A DNA stretch of 64,000 bases from an uncultured SAR86 cluster bacterium (GTDB taxonomy: Bacteria; Pseudomonadota; Gammaproteobacteria; Magnimaribacterales; D2472): the NCBI GenBank assembly GCA_902513515.1, contig CABXNE010000003.1, positions 5,093 through 69,092 of the forward strand, written 5' to 3'. The notes below the pieces were generated by a model. That model was given only the letters and a program-made list of their open reading frames with translations, was not told the origin of the DNA and did not search any database. Shown here in pieces: positions 21,705-29,825 of the stretch. The position numbers and the translations under genes were made by a program. Numbering within the stretch: the first letter of the stretch is position 1; every line of letters begins with the position of its first letter.

Positions 21705-22832
21705 TTAGTCTACTTGCTTTCTCATGAAGGTCGGCACATCAAGGAAATCTATATCCTCTGCAGACGATGTGCCAACTGACTCAACTGATTTTTCTAACAC
21801 TGGTGTATCTAAACCTACTGGATTAAGTTGCACAGTAGCTCTTTTTGAATTATCGACGGCTAAAGTTGCTGTTTGCTGATTAACTCCTGTTGCCACAACC
21901 GTAACAAGCAATTCTTCTTCATCCATTGAATCTTCCATTACAGTTCCATAGATAATAGTTGCATCATCGGCTGTAAAATCTCTTATAACTGAGTCAACCT
22001 CATCAAAATCTGCCATTGTTGGTGATTTTGCCGTTATATTTACCAATATACCCCGTGCATCTTTAAGTTCAATATCTTCAAGCAACTCTGAGCTTACAGC
22101 TTGGCTGGCAGCATCAATTCCTCTTTCATCAGCGCTTGATTGACCAGTACCCATCATGGCAATTCCCTTTTCTGACATAACTGTTTTTACATCGGCAAAG
22201 TCAACATTTATATATCCAGGTTTCATGATAATGTCAGATATACCCTGAACTGCTCCTTTTAAAATATCATCTGCCTTTGCAAAAGCATCTTCCATGGATG
22301 TTTTTTTACCTAAAATATCCATCAATTTTTGATTTGGTATAGTAATTAAACTATCTACTTCCTCAACAAGCTCTGCTATTCCCTGCTCGGCTGCAGCTTT
22401 TCTTTTATGGCCTTCAAAATTAAATGGCTTGGTTACGACTGCTACTGTTAAAGCTCCAAGCTCTTTGGCAATTTCAGCAATCACTGGAGCTGCACCAGTT
22501 CCAGTTCCACCTCCCATTCCTGCAGTAATAAAGATCATATCTGCTCCAGCAAGTAATTCTTCAATTGCAGCTCTATCTCTCTCTGCTGCTGCTCTACCTA
22601 CCTTTGGATCTGCTCCAGCTCCTAAGCCTCTAGTAACATTATCACCAAGTTTTAAAATAGTAGATCCTGTTGCTCTATCTAAAGCTTGCGAATCAGTATT
22701 AGCACAAATAAAATCTGCTCCTTGGATTTCATGATTTATCATATGAATAACTGCATTTCCTCCAGCACCACCCACACCGATAACCTTGATCTTGGCTAGT
22801 CCAGCATTTTCTTCAATTATTTCCCAATTCAT
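21705..22832 (-). CDS. ftsZ: cell division GTPase FtsZ (canonical, but in a non-canonical position)
   Basis: 375 aa. IKVIGVGGAGGNAV, tubulin signature GGGTGTGAAPV, T7 loop NVDFADV, conserved C-terminal peptide DIDFLDVPTFMRKQVD. Starts 11 nt after the mraZ stop (AGGGG SD) and stops 4 nt before the rsmH start. Confidence 0.97.
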   Translation of the reverse strand: MNWEIIEENAGLAKIKVIGVGGAGGNAVIHMINHEIQGADFICANTDSQALDRATGSTILKLGDNVTRGLGAGADPKVGRAAAERDRAAIEELLAGADMIFITAGMGGGTGTGAAPVIAEIAKELGALTVAVVTKPFNFEGHKRKAAAEQGIAELVEEVDSLITIPNQKLMDILGKKTSMEDAFAKADDILKGAVQGISDIIMKPGYINVDFADVKTVMSEKGIAMMGTGQSSADERGIDAASQAVSSELLEDIELKDARGILVNITAKSPTMADFDEVDSVIRDFTADDATIIYGTVMEDSMDEEELLVTVVATGVNQQTATLAVDNSKRATVQLNPVGLDTPVLEKSVESVGTSSAEDIDFLDVPTFMRKQVD

Positions 22833-22843
22833 TTTCTACCCCT

Positions 22844-23311
22844 TTAAAAAGATATTTTTTTTAAGCTCTCTGGTAATACAACCTCAAGAATTTCAGTTGA
22901 TAAAGCACCACCTGTTTGCCTCATTTCCCAATTTTTTTCATTCCAGACTTCAAATTTATTACCCATGCCGATAATAGATACTTTTTCTGGTTTTTTGATT
23001 TCTGCATAATCTTGTAACTCTGAGGGCAAAAGTATTAGCATTCTGCCTTTCGGATCAAATGAACTAACACTAGCGTTTCCTAAAATTGTCCATTGCAAAT
23101 TTCTTACAATTGGATCAAGGCCTTGTAATGATTGAAGTTCGCTAGATATGCTATCCCAGATTGAGCCAGGATAAATTTTTAATGCTGGATATTGAGGGTC
23201 TCTTGTAACAGCAATGCTTTCTTCATTTTGAGAACGAAGTTGATCTCGATATTTTGCTGGGATAGCTAACCTGCCCTTTGCATCTATCGAAATTGTTGTA
23301 AAACCAAACAT
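22844..23311 (-). CDS. mraZ: division/cell wall cluster transcriptional regulator MraZ
   Basis: 155 aa. Duplicated SpoVT/AbrB-like halves with IDAKGRLAIP and FDPKGRMLILLP. Confidence 0.95.
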   Translation of the reverse strand: MFGFTTISIDAKGRLAIPAKYRDQLRSQNEESIAVTRDPQYPALKIYPGSIWDSISSELQSLQGLDPIVRNLQWTILGNASVSSFDPKGRMLILLPSELQDYAEIKKPEKVSIIGMGNKFEVWNEKNWEMRQTGGALSTEILEVVLPESLKKISF

Positions 23312-23336
23312 AATGTATGTAAAAAATTAATTACTA

Positions 23337-23374
23337 CACACTTTATACTACATTTAACACACTTTTACACATTT
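23337..23374 (-). promoter_or_regulatory. four direct repeats AAA(G/T)GT(G/A)(T/G) at 9-11 nt spacing upstream of mraZ; candidate MraZ operator / Pmra region
   Basis: The minus strand reads AAATGTGT-A-AAAGTGTG-TT-AAATGTAG-TAT-AAAGTGTG, 25-60 nt upstream of the mraZ ATG. From memory, GTG-containing direct repeats at about 10-bp phasing are the reported MraZ site type (E. coli GTGGG-like, Mycoplasma AAAGTG[T/G]). Confidence 0.5.
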
Positions 23375-23380
23375 TTTTTT

Positions 23381-23388
23381 AAAAAAAA
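23381..23388 (-). terminator. U8 tract directly after the closing P1 helix of rnpB (likely rnpB 3' end / terminator); part of a T9A8 palindromic tract at 23372-23388
   Basis: The minus strand reads GATCAACTC(P1 3' strand)-AATCAA-TTTTTTTT-AAAAAAAAA. Confidence 0.4.
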
Positions 23389-23390
23389 TT

Positions 23391-23724
23391 GATTGAGTTG
23401 ATCTATAAGCCGGATTCTGTATTAAATGACCATCTATCTAGGCAATATGTCGCCATATTGCTCAAGCAACCTACCCGAATCCTAGACGAGTAGCCTAAAC
23501 GGATTCCTATTTGGTTTTGCTTCAAAGTGGGGTTTACACTGCCGTACTTGTTACCAAGTACGCGGTAGGCTCTTACCCTGCCATTTCACCCTTACCAATT
23601 TCTTGGCGGTATAATTTCTGTTGCACTTGCCGTAAGCTCACGCTCCCCAGGAATTACCTGGCACTCTACTCTATGAAGTCCGGACTTTCCTCTAACAAAT
23701 TGCTAGCAGTCATCCGATCAACTC
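23391..23724 (-). ncRNA. rnpB: RNase P RNA, bacterial type A (compact, about 330 nt)
   Basis: The minus strand contains the universally conserved GAGGAAAGTCCGGAC...AGTGCAACAGAAA...GGTAAGGGTGAAA...GGTAAGAGC...ACAGAATCCGGCTTAT blocks in E. coli rnpB order. P1 pairs GAGTTGATC (23716-23724) with GATCAACTC (23395-23403). A TAAAAT -10-like box lies at 23731-23736, 6 nt upstream. The location between rsmI and mraZ is as in Pseudomonas. Ends are +/- a few nt. Confidence 0.93.
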
Positions 23725-23748
23725 GAATGCATTTTAATACCTTTACTG

Positions 23749-24570
23749 TTATTTAGAAATACTTAAAAGGAATTTATAAACTTCTTGCTTAGAGAAAGAA
23801 GTAACTTTAGCTATGAGCTTCGATGCATCTGTTGGAGACAAATAATCAAGAAATGGACGACAAAAATTTTCATCTAAATCCAAAACTGTACTTAATGATG
23901 AGCAAGGGTAGACAAGAATTACGAACTCTCCCAATAATGTAATTTCATTATTTTTAAAAAAATTCAAAATTTCTTCAATATTTCCTCTATAAATTGATTC
24001 ATGTTCCTTGGTCATCTCTCGGCAAATTACTAATTGAGTATCTGAACTAAGTACTTCAGAAAAAATTAAGATAGTTTTACTAATTCTTTTTGCAGATTCA
24101 AAAAAAATATTTGTTACATCAGAATTCTGCAACTTAACAGCAATTTTTCTTTTTGCTTCAGGTTGTTTAGGTAAAAATCCATTAAAGTAGAATTTATCTG
24201 TGGGTAACCCTGACAGAATAACAGCATTTATTACTGCTGAGGGTCCCGGAAGTACAGTAAAAAAAATATCCTCTTCTATGCACTTTTGAATTAATGGGTA
24301 TCCTGGGTCAGATATAAGCGGCGCCCCAGCATCAGAGAGAAGTGCTACTGTTTGGCCATTTTTAATAAGTTCAATTATTTCAGTGCTAGCTTCATTTTCA
24401 TTATGTTCATGAAATGGCTTCGTTTTCTTTTGAATGTCAAAATGTTGTAATAGTTTTGCCGTAACCCTGGTATCTTCAACAAAAATCTTATCTACTTCCT
24501 TCAAGGTATTGATTGACCTCGATGAGAAATCATTTAAATTACCAATAGGGGTACAAATTATATAAAGCAT
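23749..24570 (-). CDS. rsmI: 16S rRNA (cytidine1402-2'-O)-methyltransferase
   Basis: 273 aa tetrapyrrole-methylase fold. LYIICTPIGNLNDFS, EDTR, LSDAGAPLISDPG. Divergent from lpoA as in E. coli (yraL/yraM). Confidence 0.92.
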   Translation of the reverse strand: MLYIICTPIGNLNDFSSRSINTLKEVDKIFVEDTRVTAKLLQHFDIQKKTKPFHEHNENEASTEIIELIKNGQTVALLSDAGAPLISDPGYPLIQKCIEEDIFFTVLPGPSAVINAVILSGLPTDKFYFNGFLPKQPEAKRKIAVKLQNSDVTNIFFESAKRISKTILIFSEVLSSDTQLVICREMTKEHESIYRGNIEEILNFFKNNEITLLGEFVILVYPCSSLSTVLDLDENFCRPFLDYLSPTDASKLIAKVTSFSKQEVYKFLLSISK

Positions 24571-24582
24571 GAAAAGAACTTA

Positions 24583-25683
24583 ATGATTTTAAAAAAATAT
24601 AAATATTTGGTGCATTTTATAACATTGATTATCTTAGCATCTTGCTCATCAACATCTAAAAATTTATATGTTGAATCCATTGAGTCTCAAGAACATGGTG
24701 CAAAAGATTTTCAAGAGATTTTCAACTATCAAAACTACTCTATTAATGACTTGGAGATAATCCAGAGAACAATTGATAGTGATGTTTTGAATCAAGGGCA
24801 ATTAAAGGAAGCAAAATTATTAAAAAATAATTATCAGAAAATTCTATCTAAAAAAAAATATTATCTTGAGCTAAAACCCAACCAGCAATACTCCAAAGAG
24901 ATAATAGAATTAATTTATAAATTTAATCTTCCAATTAATATTTCATGGAATGAGAAAAAACAACTTTCTCTTCCTAAGAACTTACTTTCAAAAAAAGTTA
25001 ATGGTTTCTGTCTCAGCCTTTATGATGAGGCCATTTTGTCAATGAATGAAGCAATAAATCAAAACTCTGATCAGATATTAGTTGTTTACTCTAAGGAATA
25101 TGCATCTTTTATTGAGGGTTTAAAGCAAAAAAATTCAAGCCTCATAGCAGTAGAATATAATGCAGCCAACTTTCAAGAATTTTCCTCACAAATACTGGGC
25201 ATTAATTTTAGCGAAAAAAGATTTAAAAAAATTTCTAGCCTAAACCCAAATCAAGATTTAAATTTTGCTCCCCGTCCTAGATCTGATATAGGGAAAGTAG
25301 TAATTCTTTTGAAACCTCAAGACTACAAATTAATGATTCCTGCTCTAAGATATCATGGAGGCAGTAATTTTGAATATTTAAATTTTATCTCATCTTTGGA
25401 AGATGTTTATTCTCCCCTACAATTATTGGACTATGAAGATTCTTGGGCTCCTATTTCAAATTATCTGGTAACAAAAGTTCAGAAAGATGAATCTACATCC
25501 CTAGAAAAATTCTTAGAGCTAGGAACTTTAAATGAATGGTTGTTAGTGCAAGTTCTTAAGCAAGCTGGAGTGCAATCAGCAAAAGTGAATGGTGTTACTG
25601 GAAGTATTCTCTATAAATCTAACTCATGTACAAAAAGAAATATTCCAATGCAGAAAATTAGCTCAGATTTATTTTCATCTTAG
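24583..25683 (+). CDS. lpoA: LpoA-like outer-membrane lipoprotein (putative PBP1A activator), short form
   Basis: 366 aa. Lipoprotein signal LIILASC. C-terminal region looks like a periplasmic-binding-protein fold. The call rests mostly on the conserved divergent pairing with rsmI. Confidence 0.5.
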   Translation: MILKKYKYLVHFITLIILASCSSTSKNLYVESIESQEHGAKDFQEIFNYQNYSINDLEIIQRTIDSDVLNQGQLKEAKLLKNNYQKILSKKKYYLELKPNQQYSKEIIELIYKFNLPINISWNEKKQLSLPKNLLSKKVNGFCLSLYDEAILSMNEAINQNSDQILVVYSKEYASFIEGLKQKNSSLIAVEYNAANFQEFSSQILGINFSEKRFKKISSLNPNQDLNFAPRPRSDIGKVVILLKPQDYKLMIPALRYHGGSNFEYLNFISSLEDVYSPLQLLDYEDSWAPISNYLVTKVQKDESTSLEKFLELGTLNEWLLVQVLKQAGVQSAKVNGVTGSILYKSNSCTKRNIPMQKISSDLFSS

Positions 25684-26288
25684 TCTCTCAGATCTTTTTC
25701 TATTAATGAGAGGCTGTCCTGAAAACTTGGTCTAGCAAATATTTTAGTTTGATAATCCAGTAAGGGCTTCAAATGTCTGTTTAAGGGAAGAGTTATTCCA
25801 AGTGAAGGAAGTCTCCATAAAATTGGGGCTAGATAGCAATCAATTAATGAAAAATCTTCGCTCATAAAAAAATCGAACTCTTTAAAGGTTGGAGCAACCG
25901 TGCTTATTTCATTCAACAATTCTTCTCTTACAATCAATAGCTCTTTTTCAGAAAGCTCCTTAGCAATTAATGTATCGACTAACGGGCACCATTCTTTGCC
26001 TATTCTTAGCATAAGCGTTCTGCTATTAGCTCTTGATACCGGGTATACGGGAAGAAGAGGAGGATGGGGGAAACGCTCATCAAGATACTCAAGCATAACT
26101 CCCGCATCATATAAACCTAGATCTCTATCAGCTAAAATTGGTAAAGTATGATAAGGATTTAATGCAAGCACCTCTTCCGGAGCTTCCTCGTTTGAGGTTT
26201 CTCTAATTTCACATGCAATATCCTTTTCAGCAAGAACTATTCTCACTCTATGGCTGTAATGGTCGTCTTTGTCAGAATATAAAATCAT
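25680..26288 (-). CDS. sspA: stringent starvation protein A (GST-like RNAP-associated protein)
   Basis: 202 aa. YSHRVRIVLAEK, MLEYLDERFPHPPLLPVYPVSRA is near-identical to the E. coli SspA core. Follows petC as in Pseudomonas. Confidence 0.93.
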   Translation of the reverse strand: MILYSDKDDHYSHRVRIVLAEKDIACEIRETSNEEAPEEVLALNPYHTLPILADRDLGLYDAGVMLEYLDERFPHPPLLPVYPVSRANSRTLMLRIGKEWCPLVDTLIAKELSEKELLIVREELLNEISTVAPTFKEFDFFMSEDFSLIDCYLAPILWRLPSLGITLPLNRHLKPLLDYQTKIFARPSFQDSLSLIEKDLRD

Positions 26289-26314
26289 GCTTCCTCTTTG
26301 TTATAAGTTAAATT

Positions 26315-27112
26315 CTAATGATAGTCTTTTTGATATTCTCTAAAAAGAAGATAAGACAGAGCGGTAAATACTATAAAAAATAATATCACATACCAACCCA
26401 TCCTTTCTCTATTTGCTCTACTTGGTTCGCCAATATATGTCATAAAATTTACAAGGTTGAATATAACCTCATCAAATTCTTTAACAGATAAGGCGCCCGA
26501 TCCCTCAATAGTTTTTAGATAGCCACACTTTTCTTCGGTTACGTCATTGCCTAGCTCATCTCTTCTTACTCCCCCATTACTAGCAATTATTGGCACATCC
26601 TTACAGGACAATATTTGTTGACCTTGCATTGAAGCTAAAACGTTTGGCATTGCTGCACCAGGATATACCATGTTATTTACCCCATATGGCTTAGAAGAGT
26701 CTTCATAAAAAGTTCTGAGGTATGTATAAACCCAATCAGAACCATGCAGTCTAGTTACAAGAGTTAGATCTGGAGGCGCTATACCGAACCAAGTTTCGGA
26801 AACAGCTGGCTTCATTGATCCAGTCATTCTGTCTCCAAGCTTAACACTTGCACCAAAGACTAGATTATCTGTAAAAATATTCTCAGGAATCTCTAAGTCC
26901 TCAGCAATTCTTCCCCATCGAGAGTATTTCAATGAGTGACAACCATAACAATGATTAATAAAAGTAAGGGCGCCTAATTGCAGTGATTCCATATTATTTA
27001 GCTCAGGTTTAAAAGTATCACATTCGCCATAATCGCCACATGCTGCACCGCCAGCTGCAAAAATTTCTTGAGAACAAATAAATAAGAAAACTAGTAAAAG
27101 GAGCTTCCTCAT
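26315..27112 (-). CDS. petC: ubiquinol-cytochrome c reductase, cytochrome c1 subunit
   Basis: 265 aa. Signal peptide, heme motif CYGCHS, C-terminal TM anchor. Confidence 0.92.
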   Translation of the reverse strand: MRKLLLLVFLFICSQEIFAAGGAACGDYGECDTFKPELNNMESLQLGALTFINHCYGCHSLKYSRWGRIAEDLEIPENIFTDNLVFGASVKLGDRMTGSMKPAVSETWFGIAPPDLTLVTRLHGSDWVYTYLRTFYEDSSKPYGVNNMVYPGAAMPNVLASMQGQQILSCKDVPIIASNGGVRRDELGNDVTEEKCGYLKTIEGSGALSVKEFDEVIFNLVNFMTYIGEPSRANRERMGWYVILFFIVFTALSYLLFREYQKDYH

Positions 27113-28326
27113 AATCTTTCTGGCACCGGCTTAGTTTTTTCAATTGAAGTATAGATAGGCATCAAAAGGAAGAAAGCAAAATAAATAACAGTTCCAATAA
27201 TACTAAGGTTAGTCCTCAATGCTGTTACAGGAACAGTGCCCAGCCATGCTAGCATGAGCCAGCTGATAACAAATATAGTCATTGCGATTTTACTTAGTAT
27301 GCCTTTGTATCTTATCGAGGCTGCTTTGCTTCTATCAAGCCATGGGACTACGAATAAAATAGCTATAGCAGCAGCCATTACTATCAGGCCACCTAACTTA
27401 TCAGGCACTGCCCTCAACATGGCATAGTATGGGGAGTAATACCAAACTGGAGCAATGTGCTCAGGAGTGATTAGAGGGTTTGCTTCTTCAAAGTTTGCTA
27501 GCTCTATCATATAACCCCCGCCTTCAGGGAAAAAGAACATAATGACAGAAAAAACAATGCCAAATATTCCAATTGCCACTAAAGCATTTAAAACTTTATA
27601 TGGAAAAAATGGAACGCTATCTAATGGCACTCCATCTTCATCTACATGCTTTTCAATATCCACGCCTTCAGGGTTGCCTGCTCCCACCTCATGTAACGCA
27701 ATTAAATGCATAAAAACTAGAGCAATTAGTATCAAGGGTAAAGCTACCACATGCAAAGCAAAGAATCTTGAAATGGTTGCACCAGAAATATAGTAATCAC
27801 CTCTAATCCATATTTCTAATGACTCACCTATGTATGGTATTGCTCCAAAGAGAGAGATAATTACTTGAGCGCCCCAATAAGACATTTGACCATAAGGCAG
27901 AACATAACCTAAGAATCCTTCTGCCATCATGGCAAGATATATAGCCATGCCAAATATCCAAACCAATTCTCTTGGTTTTTGATATGAGCCATACAATAAT
28001 CCTCTGAACATATGAAGATAAACAACAGCAAAAAACATTGAAGCGCCAGTAGTATGCATATACCGAATAATCCAACCGTATTCAATATCTCTCATAATGA
28101 ATTCAATAGAGCTAAAAGCTCCTTCTTCGGTATTCTCATATCCAAACATTAACCAAATACCTGAAATAATTTGAATAATTAAAACTACTGATGCTAATGC
28201 ACCAAACATATACCAAAAGTTAACTTTTTTAGGGACTGGATGCTTGGATAAGTGGCGTTCGAATGTATTAACAATAGGTAGACGATTGTTAATCCAGTTA
28301 AAAAATCCTGATGATTCTTGGGTCAT
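27109..28326 (-). CDS. petB: ubiquinol-cytochrome c reductase, cytochrome b subunit
   Basis: 405 aa polytopic protein. WNFGxL-type N-terminus (NFWYMFGAL), RYMHTTGASMFF, PEWY-like region (PEHIAPVWYYSPYYAMLR). Confidence 0.95.
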   Translation of the reverse strand: MTQESSGFFNWINNRLPIVNTFERHLSKHPVPKKVNFWYMFGALASVVLIIQIISGIWLMFGYENTEEGAFSSIEFIMRDIEYGWIIRYMHTTGASMFFAVVYLHMFRGLLYGSYQKPRELVWIFGMAIYLAMMAEGFLGYVLPYGQMSYWGAQVIISLFGAIPYIGESLEIWIRGDYYISGATISRFFALHVVALPLILIALVFMHLIALHEVGAGNPEGVDIEKHVDEDGVPLDSVPFFPYKVLNALVAIGIFGIVFSVIMFFFPEGGGYMIELANFEEANPLITPEHIAPVWYYSPYYAMLRAVPDKLGGLIVMAAAIAILFVVPWLDRSKAASIRYKGILSKIAMTIFVISWLMLAWLGTVPVTALRTNLSIIGTVIYFAFFLLMPIYTSIEKTKPVPERL

Positions 28327-28910
28327 TATACAGTGCCTCTTTCTTCCCCTATTGTTAATATACTTCCATCAAAGTAATGTGGCGGAACTTTTAAGTTAGT
28401 GGGGGCTGGAACTCCTTTAAATACTCTTCCAACGATATCAAACGTAGAACCATGACAGGGACAGAAAAATCCTCCAACCCATGATTCATCCCATGGTTTT
28501 GATTCCATTTCAGGATAATATTTTGGAGCACATCCTAGATGAGTGCATACACCTGCTAGCACTGTATATTCTGTCGAGGTTGACCTAGTTGGGTTTTCAT
28601 CCCTGTATGGCTCTTCAATTTTAAGAGAATTTGGATCATCAAGTTTAGGCTCTACATTAGAAAGGTTTTGTAATGCTTCTTTACTATGCCGAATAACAAA
28701 TATAGGCTGCTTTCTCCAAGCTACTTGGATTTTTTGCCCTATTTGCATTTTAGAAACATCAACCTTTACTGGGCCACCAAAGGCTTTTGCCTTTGCGCTT
28801 GGATTCCAAGAAGCAATAAATGGAACGGCAGCAAATGAAGCGCCAACTGCACCAACTGCCGAAGTCATACCTATGAGTACTTTTCTTCGCGTGGTAATTT
28901 TTTCTTCCAT
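28326..28910 (-). CDS. petA: ubiquinol-cytochrome c reductase, Rieske Fe-S subunit
   Basis: 194 aa. Tat-like N-terminus (TRRKVL), Rieske boxes CTHLGC and CPCHGS. Confidence 0.95.
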   Translation of the reverse strand: MEEKITTRRKVLIGMTSAVGAVGASFAAVPFIASWNPSAKAKAFGGPVKVDVSKMQIGQKIQVAWRKQPIFVIRHSKEALQNLSNVEPKLDDPNSLKIEEPYRDENPTRSTSTEYTVLAGVCTHLGCAPKYYPEMESKPWDESWVGGFFCPCHGSTFDIVGRVFKGVPAPTNLKVPPHYFDGSILTIGEERGTV

Positions 28911-28920
28911 AAAGTAGAAA

Positions 28921-29313
28921 TTAACGTTTGGAGAATTGAGAGCTTTTTCTTGCTTTCTTTAATCCTGGTTTCTTTCTTTCTACTTTTCTATCATCTCTGG
29001 TCAGAAATCCAGCAGATTTTAACTGGGGTCTAAGGGACTCGTCGAATTCAAGCAAAGCTCTTGAGATTCCATGTCTAATAGCTCCGGCTTGACCAAAGCT
29101 GCCGCCACCTTTAACCATGGCTTTGATATCTACCTGCTCATCTAACTCGGTCAATTTTAAGGGTTGCATTACTAGCATTTGCGCAACTTGCCTTCCAAAG
29201 TAATGAGATAATTCTTTATTATTGACTAATATTTTTCCTTTGCCTTTAGAGAGATAGACTCTGGCTGATGAAGTTTTCCTTCTACCAGTTGCATAATGGA
29301 TAGCTGCGCTCAT
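28921..29313 (-). CDS. rpsI: 30S ribosomal protein S9
   Basis: The ORF track start (29328) is a TTG. The ATG at 29311-29313 ([13 protein letters not shown]...) overlaps the rplM stop as ATGA and fits S9. The C-terminus is ...SSQFSKR. Confidence 0.93.
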   Translation of the reverse strand: MSAAIHYATGRRKTSSARVYLSKGKGKILVNNKELSHYFGRQVAQMLVMQPLKLTELDEQVDIKAMVKGGGSFGQAGAIRHGISRALLEFDESLRPQLKSAGFLTRDDRKVERKKPGLKKARKSSQFSKR

Positions 29314-29744
29314 ATTTTTGGCTCCCAAATTTGTGGTTCTTGTGATGCATGAGGGTGATTATCACCTTGATATACCTTGAGTTTTTTGAACATCTGCTTT
29401 CCAAGTTTATTTTTTGGAAGCATGCCTTTCACAGCTTCTTCTAGAATGTATTCAGGTTTATCTTGAATAATATCTTTGAAAGCTTTAGTCTTGAGTCCAC
29501 CAGGATAAAGCGAATGAGTGTAATATTTTTTATCATCAAACTTATTTCCAGTAACACGAATTTTTTCTGCATTAATGACTACGACGTAATCTCCTCCATC
29601 AGTGTGGGGTGTGAAAGTAGGCTTGTCTTTGCCTCTTATACGATCAGCTATTTTTGTTGCAAGACGCCCTAGAATTTTGTCAGAAGCGTCCACAACATAC
29701 CAATCGTGTTGAGCGTCTTCTTTTCTGAGTGAAAGAGTTTTCAT
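29310..29744 (-). CDS. rplM: 50S ribosomal protein L13
   Basis: 144 aa. [33 protein letters not shown]. Confidence 0.96.
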   Translation of the reverse strand: MKTLSLRKEDAQHDWYVVDASDKILGRLATKIADRIRGKDKPTFTPHTDGGDYVVVINAEKIRVTGNKFDDKKYYTHSLYPGGLKTKAFKDIIQDKPEYILEEAVKGMLPKNKLGKQMFKKLKVYQGDNHPHASQEPQIWEPKI

Positions 29745-29825
29745 TACTTATTATATTTAAAGAAAAAATTAGATGCGAATGTTAATGTTTACGCGCTATT
29801 TAATCAATATTTTAATTCATTTAGT

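Noticed and set aside
23511-23756. 81-aa ORF on the + strand between mraZ and rsmI
   Set aside because: It lies entirely antisense within the RNase P RNA gene, whose conserved blocks and P1 pairing are unambiguous on the minus strand. It has no SD, and its composition reflects the GC-rich structured RNA.
27121-27137. TGGCAC hexamer resembling a sigma-54 -24 element
   Set aside because: There is no TTGC -12 element at the correct spacing (TGGCAC-CGGCT-TAGT). It sits on the + strand inside the petC/petB junction, where all genes are on the minus strand.
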